From positions 1,560,001 through 1,592,000 of the forward strand of contig NC_017262.1 in NCBI RefSeq assembly GCF_000175255.2: a stretch of 32,000 nucleotides of DNA. The letters run 5' to 3'. Shown piece after piece: positions 1 through 9,529 of this stretch. The stretch's first letter is position 1, and every line of letters begins with the position of its first letter. The position numbers and the translations under genes were made by a program. Under the pieces are notes generated by a model that saw nothing but the letters and a program-made list of their open reading frames with translations, made no database searches and was not told where the DNA came from. The stretch comes from Zymomonas mobilis subsp. mobilis ATCC 10988 (GTDB taxonomy: Bacteria > Pseudomonadota > Alphaproteobacteria > Sphingomonadales > Sphingomonadaceae).

Positions 1-15
1 ATTGCCGTTTTTCGA

Positions 16-648
16 TCAGCCCTGCACCGTTTTTAGCTGTTTTTCTACAAGCGCCACTGCACGCTCGATGGCCATATCTATACCGAGTAAGCTTGAATCG
101 AGCAAGTCCGCATCTTCAGCCTGTTTCAGCGGCGCTTCTTTTCGGCTACTATCCCGAAGATCGCGGCTTTTGATATCTTCCAGAATGATATCATAGGTTA
201 AATCCGGATTATTTTTTACTAATTCGTCATAGCGTCTTTTTGCCCTAATTTCGGGCGATGCCGTGATAAATAGTTTGACATCCGCATCAGGAACAATGAC
301 CGTTCCGATGTCCCGTCCATCAAGAACCGCGCCACCTGTTTGAGCCGCAAAATCGCGCTGTCTTTTAATTAAAGCCTGCCTGACTTTTGGAAAGACAGAG
401 ATTTCTGAAGCCAGTTTTCCAGTTTGTTCACTGCGGAGTCGGGAATCAGACAACAGCGAGTCCGCAAAATCACAGGCAGACAGAGCATCAGATTCACGGC
501 TGGAATCGCCTTGGTTATCCAAGAGTGAGACGGCAACCGCGCGATAAAGCAAACCGGTATCGAGATAGGGAAGGGCATAATGCCGTGCCAAAGCGCGGGC
601 AACGGTGCCTTTCCCAGAAGCGGCAGGTCCATCTATCGCAATAATCAT
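16..648 (-). CDS. cmk: cytidylate kinase
   Basis: 210-aa ORF with N-terminal P-loop (IAIDGPAASGKGT) and overall Cmk-like sequence. Its ATG overlaps the aroA stop (ATGA on the minus strand at 645-648), the classic aroA-cmk arrangement. Confidence 0.93.
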   Translation of the reverse strand: MIIAIDGPAASGKGTVARALARHYALPYLDTGLLYRAVAVSLLDNQGDSSRESDALSACDFADSLLSDSRLRSEQTGKLASEISVFPKVRQALIKRQRDFAAQTGGAVLDGRDIGTVIVPDADVKLFITASPEIRAKRRYDELVKNNPDLTYDIILEDIKSRDLRDSSRKEAPLKQAEDADLLDSSLLGIDMAIERAVALVEKQLKTVQG

Positions 649-2006
649 TTTACAAGCCCCATTTCGAATTCAGCGCCCAATTCTTTGAATAGCTGACCAA
701 AGACCGGAAAACTGGTCATGATCGGACGGCGATCATCGATCGTGACCCCACCTTCGGAAACAAGACCGGCTACCGCAAAACTCATGGCAATCCGATGATC
801 GAGATGTGCAGCGATGGATACCATTTTGCCTTTTTGACCAAGGCCTTCACCCGCTGAGCCTTCGATAATCAGGCCGTCTTCTTTTTCTTCCAAAGAAACG
901 CCCAAGGCTTTTAGACCTTCTGCCATCACGGCAATACGGTCAGATTCTTTGACCCGTAATTCAGCGAGACCTTGCAGCGTGCTTTTACCTTCTGCCATGG
1001 CAGCGGCGATAAACAGAATGGGGAATTCATCAATCATCGACGGCACAATCGAAGGCGGCACGTCGATAGCCTTTAAATGAGAATATTTAACCGAAAGATC
1101 AGCAACAGGTTCACCGCCAACTTCTCGTGGATTGAGATATTCGATTTGACCGCCCATGGCTTTTAACATGGTATAGAGACCAGAACGGGTCGGGTTAAGG
1201 CCAACATTTTCAACAATCAGATCAGACCCCGGAACAATAAGTCCCGCTACGACCAGAAAAGCCGCTGAGGAGGGGTCACCCGGCACTATAATATGCTGTG
1301 GTTTTAACTCGGCTTCGCCATGGATAGAGATAATCCTGACACCGTCATTTTCTTCGACCGAAAGATTGGCACCATAGCCTTTTAACATCCGTTCGCTATG
1401 GTCACGAGTCGGCACGGGTTCAATAACGCGGGTGATGCCCGGCGTATTCAAACCTGCCAGTAATATTGCTGATTTCACCTGTGCAGATGCAACCGGTAGG
1501 CGATATTCAATCGGGATCGCCGGATAAAGGCCGGTAACCGTCATCGGCAAGCGATTGCCTTCTGCCGCTGAAAAACGCGCCCCCATCAGAGAAAGCGGGG
1601 TTGAAATACGTCCCATTGGTCTTTTGGATAAAGAAGCATCCCCGATAAAGGTCGCCGTAATGGGATGGGAAGCGACAACTCCCATCAATAAACGGGTAGA
1701 GGTACCTGAATTACCCATATCCAAAGCCTTCTGCGGCTGTAAAAGACTTCCGACACCGACACCATGAATATGCCAGCATCCTTTTTCATCTTTTCGAATA
1801 TCCGCGCCCATAGAACGCATCGCTTCGGCTGTTGCCAGAACGTCTTCGCCTTCCAACAGGCCTTCTACAAAACTTTCACCAACCGCCAAGGCAGACAGCA
1901 TCAACGCCCGATGGGAAATTGATTTGTCACCAGGGACATGCACCTTGCCGGAAAGCGGCGGAGCCTTGCGACTAACAAGCGGGCAAGCGTGAACAGGACG
2001 GGTCAT
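645..2006 (-). CDS. aroA: 3-phosphoshikimate 1-carboxyvinyltransferase (EPSP synthase)
   Basis: 453-aa ORF with EPSP synthase hallmarks (PGDKSISHRALM, GNSGTSTRLL, C-terminal DHRIAMSFAV). Confidence 0.95.
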   Translation of the reverse strand: MTRPVHACPLVSRKAPPLSGKVHVPGDKSISHRALMLSALAVGESFVEGLLEGEDVLATAEAMRSMGADIRKDEKGCWHIHGVGVGSLLQPQKALDMGNSGTSTRLLMGVVASHPITATFIGDASLSKRPMGRISTPLSLMGARFSAAEGNRLPMTVTGLYPAIPIEYRLPVASAQVKSAILLAGLNTPGITRVIEPVPTRDHSERMLKGYGANLSVEENDGVRIISIHGEAELKPQHIIVPGDPSSAAFLVVAGLIVPGSDLIVENVGLNPTRSGLYTMLKAMGGQIEYLNPREVGGEPVADLSVKYSHLKAIDVPPSIVPSMIDEFPILFIAAAMAEGKSTLQGLAELRVKESDRIAVMAEGLKALGVSLEEKEDGLIIEGSAGEGLGQKGKMVSIAAHLDHRIAMSFAVAGLVSEGGVTIDDRRPIMTSFPVFGQLFKELGAEFEMGLVK

Positions 2007-2286
2007 CAGCTAATCTCATCTCTATTTTAACAGCCGAATATAGAAAAAAATGACAAAACGGCTTAGAAAACCGGCGTTGGCTTTTGACATGAGGCCTAGG
2101 CTATGGCAAGGCGCGCGATATTCATCTGTCCGAATTATTGTCAAAGACCTTGTTTTAAGGGCTGATACGGCTTTAATCCGGTAGGATAAATCCTCATACT
2201 CTATTTTGCTTTGGCATTTCAGTTTATTTTTTACGTAAATTTTGTGAAAAACTTTCAATCATCGGAAAACTCTGGAAGGACGGTTC

Positions 2287-2610
2287 ATGATCAAGCCTGA
2301 ATGGGGCACTAAGCGGACTTGCCCGAAATGCGGAACCCGTTTCTATGATCTCGGTAAGGAAGATCCTGTGACCTGCATCGAATGTGGGACTGAATGGACT
2401 CCCGAACCGATTCTCAAATCAAAACAACCTTTGCCTTTTGACGATCAGAAAAAGGGTGACGAAGCTGGTAAATCGGATGATGCAGATCTGGAAGCAGATC
2501 TCGATCTGGACGATACCGATGACGTTTCTCCCGACGATGATGTCGATGATTTGGGCGGTAATGAAGATATCGGCGTCAATACCTCTGATGACGAAGATGA
2601 AAATAACTAA
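2287..2610 (+). CDS. TIGR02300-type (FYDLN_acid) zinc-ribbon protein with acidic tail
   Basis: 107 aa with an N-terminal CPKCG...CIECG zinc ribbon containing RFYDLGK, followed by a very D/E-rich tail. GGAAGGA ribosome-binding site upstream of the ATG. Confidence 0.8.
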   Translation: MIKPEWGTKRTCPKCGTRFYDLGKEDPVTCIECGTEWTPEPILKSKQPLPFDDQKKGDEAGKSDDADLEADLDLDDTDDVSPDDDVDDLGGNEDIGVNTSDDEDENN

Positions 2611-2629
2611 AAAAAATTAAAATTAACAC

Positions 2630-2657
2630 TTGCAGGGGCGCGCAAATTGTTTATAGA
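2630..2657 (+). promoter_or_regulatory. putative sigma70-type promoter of tRNA-Ala(GGC)
   Basis: TTGCAG (2630-2635), 16-nt spacer, TATAGA (2652-2657), followed by a GC-rich GGGCGCGC discriminator about 35 nt upstream of the tRNA 5' end. Confidence 0.35.
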
Positions 2658-2692
2658 GGGCGCGCACCTGTTAAAAAACAGACGTAAAAATT

Positions 2693-2768
2693 GGGGCCGT
2701 AGCTCAGCTGGGAGAGCGTCGCAATGGCATTGCGAAGGTCAGGGGTTCGATCCCCCTCGGCTCCACCA
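2693..2768 (+). tRNA. tRNA-Ala (anticodon GGC), CCA encoded
   Basis: 76-nt cloverleaf folded by hand: acceptor GGGGCCG/CGGCTCC with the G3:U70 alanine identity pair, anticodon loop AUGGCAU, T-arm AGGGG-TTCGATC-CCCCT, 3' ACCA. Confidence 0.93.
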
Positions 2769-2779
2769 ATTTTTTAGAG

Positions 2780-2805
2780 ACCGCATTTTTAATGCGGTTT
2801 TTTTA
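2780..2805 (+). terminator. rho-independent terminator after tRNA-Ala
   Basis: Hairpin ACCGCATT / AATGCGGT with a TTT loop, followed by a run of T. Confidence 0.75.
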
Positions 2806-2980
2806 TGCCTTTTTGAGATCTGACCACTGACTTGCCTGTCAGATAACGCTTTCCGCCGTAGGGATTCCTTAATAATTAGAAATTGACGCATTAGAGTTGC
2901 GCCTGCTTCTTCTTGCAGGATGATGAGAAGCGGCCTTTTATTTGAAAAAATGAAAATACCCTGCCTCAAATCCTATAGAA

Positions 2981-3895
2981 TCAGGATATCGCGTCTAACA
3001 TCTCATGGGTAACGTCTAAAAAACGGGTCAGAGTCGGTGTTTGGTCGTCTTTTCGCCAAGCAATCCCTGTTTCCAGCAAGGCCGCCGGTTTTTGCAATTC
3101 GATATAGCGGACATCTCTTCTCGCCATATGACGTAATGATCGCGGCACTATTGCAATGCCCATAGAGGCCGCAACCAGACTGATGATAGTTTGCATCTGA
3201 ATCGCTTATTGCGCGATATTGGGATAACCGCCGCAAGCCTGATAATAATCCATCACAATATCATAAAAGGCGGGTGCAAAATGGCGCGGAAAAATAATCA
3301 AGGGTGCCTGTCTGACCGAATTCGGCGATAATTTTCGGTTTACCAAAGAAAGCCGTTGCTCTTTTATCCAAAGGGCAGGCACGGCCGCAATGAGAGGTTC
3401 GGAAACCAGCTTTTTATAAGAAAGGCTGCTCGGTAGTTCGCTACTCCTTGGAGGGATGATGATTCCGGCATGGCGGAGTCCCTTGGTTAAATCCGATATT
3501 TGGAGATCGCTTGTTGCTTCACTTAAAGATAATTCGACATCAGGATAAAGCGCGCGGTAACGCCTGACCAATATCGGCAAGATATTAAAATCGGCGGTGC
3601 TGACAAAAGATAAATCGAGATGGCCTTTGCTGCCTTCTTTTAATCTTTCGGCAATTTGGGGCAGGGCATCCACCTCTTTTAAGGCGGCTTCGACATAATC
3701 ACGCCATGCCTCGCCAAAAGGGGTTAAGGCGACATGGCGTTTGCTTCGGATAAAAAGCGCTGTTCCCAGTTCTTTTTCTAAGGCCATAATCGATTGACTA
3801 AGCGGTGGTTGAGTGATGCCTAGCTGTTCGGCGGCCTTCCCGAAATGCAAATTTTCGGCCACTGCAAGAAAATGTCTGAGCTGACGAATATCCAT
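2981..3895 (-). pseudogene. LysR-family transcriptional regulator interrupted by an in-frame TAA (codon 230)
   Basis: ORF 3206..3895 encodes the HTH (MDIRQLRHFLAVAENLHFGKAAEQLGITQPPLSQ) and most of the substrate-binding domain. ORF 2981..3196 encodes the rest (QTIISLVAASMGIAIVP...). Read by hand, the two are in the same frame: ...GGYPNIAQ-TAA-AIQMQTIISL. The stop is at 3206-3208. Confidence 0.85.
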
Positions 3896-3996
3896 TTTTA
3901 ATATTTTATACGACTTTATTAGAAGAGAATAATATATTTTACTCGGCTTTTGATAGGCTTTAAAGAAGCCCTATCTAATTTTCTACAGGAAGAATA

Positions 3997-5853
3997 ATGC
4001 CTCCCTATCGTTCCAGAACCACGACTCATGGTCGTAATATGGCGGGTGCCAGAAGTTTATGGCGCGCAACCGGCGTCAAAAACGAAGATTTTGGTAAACC
4101 GATTATCGCTATTGCCAACAGCTTTACGCAATTTGTCCCCGGTCATGTCCATTTAAAGGATATGGGACAGCTTGTTGCTGAAGAAATTGAAAAAGCTGGT
4201 GGTATCGCCAAAGAATTCAATACGATTGCGATTGATGATGGTATCGCGATGGGACATGGCGGGATGCTCTATTCCTTGCCGTCTCGGGAATTGATTGCCG
4301 ATTCCGTCGAATATATGGTCAACGCCCATTGTGCTGATGCTTTGGTCTGTATTTCCAACTGCGACAAGATTACGCCTGGTATGTTGATGGCTTCGATGCG
4401 CCTGAATATCCCGACAGTTTTCGTCTCTGGTGGACCTATGGAAGCCGGTAAAGCTGAGGTCAAAGGCGTCAAGCGGGCGCTTGATCTGATAGATGCTATG
4501 GTGATTGCTGCCGATGACCATTACAGCGATGGTGAAGTCGAAGTTATCGAGCAGACGGCTTGCGCTACCTGCGGCTCCTGTTCTGGTATGTTTACGGCCA
4601 ATTCGATGAATTGCCTGACCGAGGCCTTGGGGCTTTCTTTCCCAGGTAATGGTTCGATGCTTGCGACCCATAGCGATCGGGAACAGCTTTTCCGCAAGGC
4701 TGGGCATACCATTGTTGATATGGCGCGCAGCTATTATGAGCAGGATGATGCCGCTGTATTACCGCGTTCAATTGCCACGCTTGAGGCTTTTGAAAATGCG
4801 ATGAGTCTTGATATCGCCATGGGTGGTTCCACCAATACGGTTTTGCATCTGTTGGCGGTCGCGCAGGAAGGCAACGTGCCTTTCACTATGGCGGATATTG
4901 ATCGTCTTTCCCGTCATGTCCCTTGCTTATGCAAGGTCGCACCGGCCAAAAATGATGTCCATATGGAAGATGTTCATCGGGCAGGGGGCGTTATGGCCAT
5001 TTTAGGCCAGCTTGATCGTGCCGGATTGATCAATACCAGCTTGCGCACCATTCATTCTCCGACTTTAGGCGCCGCATTGGACGCATGGGATATCAGCCGT
5101 GACAGTTGTTCTGAAGAAGCGCAGCTATTCTATCGCGCGGCTCCGGGGGGTGTTCCGACTCAAAAGGCTTTCAGCCAGTCTTCTCGTTATGAAGCGCTGG
5201 ATACTGACCGCGAAAAAGGTGTGATTCGTTCCAAAAATCATGCTTTTTCGACGGATGGTGGTCTGGCCGTCTTATTTGGCAATCTTGCTCCTGAAGGCAG
5301 TATCGTCAAAACCGCCGGTGTGGATGAGTCCATTCTGAAATTCACCGGTAAAGCCAAGGTTTACGAAAGTCAGGAAGCCGCCGTTGCCGGTATTCTTGGC
5401 AATGATGTCGAAGCTGGTGAAGTGGTGATCGTTCGCTATGAAGGTCCCAAAGGTGGCCCCGGTATGCAGGAAATGCTGTATCCGACCAGCTATCTGAAAT
5501 CGAAAGGTTTGGGTAAACTCTGCGCTCTGATTACCGATGGTCGTTTTTCTGGTGGTAGCTCTGGTTTATCCATCGGCCATGTTTCTCCTGAAGCGGCCGA
5601 GGGTGGCTTGATCGCTTTGCTCGAAACCGGTGATACAATCGTTATCGATATTCCTGAACGGATTATCCATCTGGATGTTGATGATGCTGTTATTGCCGAT
5701 CGTCATGCCCGCATGGAAGCCAAGGGGGCAGCGGCATGGAAACCTCAAAACCGTAATCGTCCGATTTCTTCGGCTTTGAAAGCCTATGCAGCTTTGACAA
5801 CAAACGCTGCCCGTGGGGCAGTTCGGGATGTCAATCAGCTCGAACGGCGTTAA
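3997..5853 (+). CDS. ilvD: dihydroxy-acid dehydratase
   Basis: 618-aa ORF with a typical IlvD N-terminus ([23 protein letters not shown]), cluster-ligand region [11 protein letters not shown], and an AGGAAG ribosome-binding site. Confidence 0.96.
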   Translation: MPPYRSRTTTHGRNMAGARSLWRATGVKNEDFGKPIIAIANSFTQFVPGHVHLKDMGQLVAEEIEKAGGIAKEFNTIAIDDGIAMGHGGMLYSLPSRELIADSVEYMVNAHCADALVCISNCDKITPGMLMASMRLNIPTVFVSGGPMEAGKAEVKGVKRALDLIDAMVIAADDHYSDGEVEVIEQTACATCGSCSGMFTANSMNCLTEALGLSFPGNGSMLATHSDREQLFRKAGHTIVDMARSYYEQDDAAVLPRSIATLEAFENAMSLDIAMGGSTNTVLHLLAVAQEGNVPFTMADIDRLSRHVPCLCKVAPAKNDVHMEDVHRAGGVMAILGQLDRAGLINTSLRTIHSPTLGAALDAWDISRDSCSEEAQLFYRAAPGGVPTQKAFSQSSRYEALDTDREKGVIRSKNHAFSTDGGLAVLFGNLAPEGSIVKTAGVDESILKFTGKAKVYESQEAAVAGILGNDVEAGEVVIVRYEGPKGGPGMQEMLYPTSYLKSKGLGKLCALITDGRFSGGSSGLSIGHVSPEAAEGGLIALLETGDTIVIDIPERIIHLDVDDAVIADRHARMEAKGAAAWKPQNRNRPISSALKAYAALTTNAARGAVRDVNQLERR

Positions 5854-5867
5854 AGTTATCAGACTGT

Positions 5868-5893
5868 TCTGCCAGCATTATGAGATGCTGGCA
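5868..5893 (+). terminator. perfect 10-bp stem hairpin between convergent ilvD and membrane-protein genes (no U-tract)
   Basis: CTGCCAGCAT-tatgag-ATGCTGGCAG, 15 nt after the ilvD stop. No T-run on either side, so terminator function is uncertain. Confidence 0.4.
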
Positions 5894-5933
5894 GATCGCT
5901 GTAAATTTGAAAGAAGTTTCAAGCCTTACTCGA

Positions 5934-7394
5934 TTATTTTTTCTGTCCCGTTATTTCTATTATTTCGACATGGGGAGAGATCCGCTTATATCGATGCGGA
6001 TAAGACATAATAATCTTCCACAAGGGGCTATATGTCGGATTCTTGTTAGCCAGTGTTATTCTGATCATGCTGTTCGGAACGGGCGTAACGATCGCCTTAT
6101 TGAGTGGGTCTAGAGACGCGCCTCGCTTTACAGCTTGATAAAAGTTGAAAAAATCGAGCTTATAGTCTTTCCCTGCCCAATAGCAGATTTCTGAAATGTC
6201 ACAGATAACCGGTGATTTTATCGCTTTGACATAACTAATAACATCGTCCCACTGCTGCTTTTCTCGATATAGGCGATGCTGATGGCCTATAATATTAGGA
6301 AGACAAAAGGCGGAAGTCGCTAGAACAGGCAGGAAAGCGACAACAGCTGAGGATAAAAAAGGCCTCTTTTCAGTCCATCGATTAGAAAATAACAAACCAA
6401 CTATAAGACTAAAAGCAATCAGGCTTTCAAAAAAAGCGTTATAAGAGACACCTTCGCCCAAAGATTCAAAAATACCAAATAACAAGGATAATGAGGCGAA
6501 AATAGCTAACAGACCTTTGGGGCTTGTTTTGGCCAAGTGGATATTTTTTTTCAGAAAAGACGCCGAAAAAATAATTAAAGGTAGAAAAATAGCGAGCCGT
6601 CCTAAAGCCTTTTTAATACGGCGTAATGTGATGACCCGTTTATGATGTAGTATATCTACTATCATAAAATGGTTATGATACAGGGCATTAAAGCCTATTG
6701 TAGAAATAATAATACCTGCCAGACCAAGTGTTACCCAAAGCAAAGCCATTTTTTTATCACGTATGAATAACCATCCGGTTACGGCTAAGGGGAGGGCAAA
6801 CAGATTATGCTTTATAAGGCCACCTATAATAAAAAATGTAGCAGCTGTAGTGATACGCAAAGCAGTTTGTTTTTGTATAATCGCAGACAATCCCAACAGC
6901 ATAAAAAAATGTGCCATCCATTGCGGATCATTCATGGCAATGTAACTGTGGAAGAAATAGCTGCTATAAAGAGCAAAAATTAAACTTCCGATATGCGCGC
7001 CTAAGCGATTGCCACCTGTCTGTAAGATCAGCCTGAAAATTAATATAACTGTGCCAAACCAAGCTGACAAAGCTAGTATTCGCCCAGCCCAGACCATATC
7101 GCCGATGGCATAACCAAGCCATCCGACAAGATAAAAAGAAAGAGGCGGATAATTATTAAAGATAAGGCTGTTATGTGGATCGGGATAAAGGGGCGCTGGT
7201 ACCAATCCCACGGCTCGTTCACTTAAATACGCATTCCATCCTTCGTTATATTCAAAAGGAATATGCGTAAATATCAGACTAATTTTGTCTGATATCAAGA
7301 GTAGAACAAGAGCCCATCCTATCAAAATTCCAAAAGATACAAGGAAATAAGAAGGGGGGCGACGAAAAAAAGAGAAATTATCAAGAATGGGCAA
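5934..7394 (-). CDS. polytopic membrane protein, probable GT-C-fold glycosyltransferase (ArnT/PMT_2-like)
   Basis: 486 aa. About 10 or more hydrophobic segments are followed by a roughly 130-aa soluble C-terminal domain. An acidic first loop (FEYNEGWNAY) and a GGLIKHNLFALPL segment resemble GT-C enzymes. TTG start preceded by AGAGG. Visibly more AT-rich than its neighbours. Confidence 0.45.
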   Translation of the reverse strand: MPILDNFSFFRRPPSYFLVSFGILIGWALVLLLISDKISLIFTHIPFEYNEGWNAYLSERAVGLVPAPLYPDPHNSLIFNNYPPLSFYLVGWLGYAIGDMVWAGRILALSAWFGTVILIFRLILQTGGNRLGAHIGSLIFALYSSYFFHSYIAMNDPQWMAHFFMLLGLSAIIQKQTALRITTAATFFIIGGLIKHNLFALPLAVTGWLFIRDKKMALLWVTLGLAGIIISTIGFNALYHNHFMIVDILHHKRVITLRRIKKALGRLAIFLPLIIFSASFLKKNIHLAKTSPKGLLAIFASLSLLFGIFESLGEGVSYNAFFESLIAFSLIVGLLFSNRWTEKRPFLSSAVVAFLPVLATSAFCLPNIIGHQHRLYREKQQWDDVISYVKAIKSPVICDISEICYWAGKDYKLDFFNFYQAVKRGASLDPLNKAIVTPVPNSMIRITLANKNPTYSPLWKIIMSYPHRYKRISPHVEIIEITGQKK

Positions 7395-7510
7395 AACACG
7401 CCTCTAAACTATAAGAATGAATAACCTTTCTTTGCCTAATAAACATAATAGATAATTTGTCAAAATTGCGGCAATAATGACAATTATATTATGTACATTC
7501 CCTAAGAATA

Positions 7511-9316
7511 CTATTGAGTATTGTTAGAGTCTGCTATTTTCTGATCGCTGAATTGGAGCTGTGCGAGACGGGCATAGAGACCATTTTTTTGGATAAGCTG
7601 GTCATGGCTGCCTTCCTCAACAATCTTACCTTTATCCATAACGATGATTCTGTCCGCATGGCGGACAGTCGCCAGACGATGGGCAATGATGATCGAACTA
7701 CGTCCTTTCATCAGTTTTTCTAAAGCCTGTTGAACCGCTTGTTCTGATTCTGCGTCCAGTGCAGAGGTGGCCTCATCCAATAGTAACAGCGGAGCATCCC
7801 GTAGAATAGCGCGGGCAATTGCAATCCGTTGCCGTTGTCCCCCCGAAAGGCGTGCGCCGCCTTCACCAAGAAAGCTATCCAGTCCTTCTGGAAGGGCTTT
7901 CAAAAATTCTTCGGCATGAGCCGCACGAGCCGCCTGCCATAGCTCTTCGTCGCTGGCATCCCATCGCCCATATCTTAAATTGTCGCGGGCAGAGGCGGCA
8001 AAAATAACCGTTTCTTGGGGCACAACCGCGATATGAGAGCGGATATCGCTTAAATCGGCTTCTTTTAAATCCACACCTTCCATAGAAATCACGCCTGATG
8101 TCGGATCGTAAAAGCGTTGGATAAGCTGAAATAATGTTGTTTTTCCGGCACCCGAAGAGCCAACGACAGCCAGCCGTTCGCCGGCTTTCAGTTCAAGACT
8201 AAAATGGCTTAAGGCTTCTGTATCAGGACGCGAGGGATAGCGGAAACAGACATCCTGAAAAGTTAAACGTCCCTCTGTGCTGTGGGGTAAGGCCTTGGGA
8301 TGAGCGGGAGAAAGAATAGCCGGTTTTTCAGCGAGCAGATCATTCAATCGGCTGGCGGCACCGGCACCCCTAAGTAAATCACCATAGACCTCGCTTAACG
8401 CACCGAACGCACCGGCAACGACCCCGCCCGTCAGAACAAAAGCAGCAATGGTGCCGCCTGACACCAAACCCGCGGCGACATCTAGCGCACCACGCCACAT
8501 AATCAGGATAATCGCCGTAAAAATCAGCAAAATGACCAAAGCGGTCATGAAAGCCCGCAGCGTAATCCGTTTTTTTGCTGTCTCAAAAGTGAGTTGAACA
8601 GCCTGACCAAAACGGTCGGATTCTCGATCTTCCTGACCAAAAGCCTGAACAATTTTCATCGCGCCCAAGGTTTCGGTAATCAGGCTGCTGAGATCAGCTA
8701 TCCGATCCTGACTTTTTCGGGACAATCGCTGTAATCGCCGACCGATAAAAATAATAGGGAAGACCACAATCGGAATACCGCCCAACAACATGGCGGTTAA
8801 ATGAGGTGCCAGCATAAAAAGATAGGCGGTGCCGCCAAGGCCAGTAATCAGATTGCGAAGGGCGACCGACGCCGTAGAACTGACAATCTGGTCAATCAGA
8901 GTCGTATCAGTGGTTAAGCGGGAAGCAATTTCAGAAGGTCGATTCTCTTCAAAAAAAGCAGGGGGCATTTGCATTAAATGGCGGCTGATAGCCATCCGAA
9001 TATCGGCAATAACCCGCTCACCCAACCATGAAACACAATAAAATCGGGCAGCGGTTGCAAGCGCCAGTAAAAAAATGATGCCCAGCATATAGCAAAAATA
9101 AAGATTGATATCATGGGTGCCACTATCGCCGCCAAAACCGCGATCAATCACCATTTTGAAAGCGGCAGGTATCGCAATCGTTGCTGTCGAAGAAAGGAGC
9201 AAAGCCAACAGAGCCCCGAAAATCCATATCGGATAACGGCTGGCAAATTGCCAAAGCATTCGGAGCTGGCCAAGCGTCTTTCTCTTTTTCGGCGTTGCTT
9301 TTGTCGCTTGCTTCAC
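7511..9316 (-). CDS. ABC exporter, fused permease/ATPase (ABCB / MsbA-Mdl-like)
   Basis: 601 aa with an N-terminal six-helix TMD, Walker A GSSGAGKTT, signature LSGGQRQR, Walker B LLLLDEATSALD and an H-loop AHRL. GTG start. Confidence 0.9.
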   Translation of the reverse strand: MKQATKATPKKRKTLGQLRMLWQFASRYPIWIFGALLALLLSSTATIAIPAAFKMVIDRGFGGDSGTHDINLYFCYMLGIIFLLALATAARFYCVSWLGERVIADIRMAISRHLMQMPPAFFEENRPSEIASRLTTDTTLIDQIVSSTASVALRNLITGLGGTAYLFMLAPHLTAMLLGGIPIVVFPIIFIGRRLQRLSRKSQDRIADLSSLITETLGAMKIVQAFGQEDRESDRFGQAVQLTFETAKKRITLRAFMTALVILLIFTAIILIMWRGALDVAAGLVSGGTIAAFVLTGGVVAGAFGALSEVYGDLLRGAGAASRLNDLLAEKPAILSPAHPKALPHSTEGRLTFQDVCFRYPSRPDTEALSHFSLELKAGERLAVVGSSGAGKTTLFQLIQRFYDPTSGVISMEGVDLKEADLSDIRSHIAVVPQETVIFAASARDNLRYGRWDASDEELWQAARAAHAEEFLKALPEGLDSFLGEGGARLSGGQRQRIAIARAILRDAPLLLLDEATSALDAESEQAVQQALEKLMKGRSSIIIAHRLATVRHADRIIVMDKGKIVEEGSHDQLIQKNGLYARLAQLQFSDQKIADSNNTQ

Positions 9317-9529
9317 GATTTTATCCCTGATTCTTTTGCCCCTTCGATAAAGATATTTATGAAGAGTCCCTTTAAAACCGGCTTGCGCTGAAAAGCCTGA
9401 AAATATGTTTTATTGCAAGCGAGATATCATTTTTTACGGTCAAAAGAAAAAAATGAATGAACCCGTGATGCTTTAAATGCGTTTTCTTTACCTGTAATGA
9501 ATATCCTGTTCCGATTTTGAGGTGCATCC

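Noticed and set aside
2022-2258. 78-aa minus-strand ORF in the aroA / zinc-ribbon intergenic region
   Set aside because: It would occupy the divergent promoter region. The peptide is K/I-rich and AT-driven, with no start context, so it is probably non-coding.
2739-2969. 76-aa minus-strand ORF downstream of and overlapping tRNA-Ala(GGC)
   Set aside because: It overlaps the tRNA 3' end and its terminator hairpin, with no ribosome-binding site or family resemblance.
2693-3895. tRNA-Ala(GGC) as an integration site for a genomic island (with the LysR pseudogene as cargo)
   Set aside because: There is no integrase, no direct repeat of the tRNA 3' end further downstream, and the neighbouring genes (ilvD and others) are core metabolism.
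4153-4707. 184-aa minus-strand ORF inside ilvD
   Set aside because: Antisense shadow ORF within a highly conserved gene, with no motifs and no ribosome-binding site.
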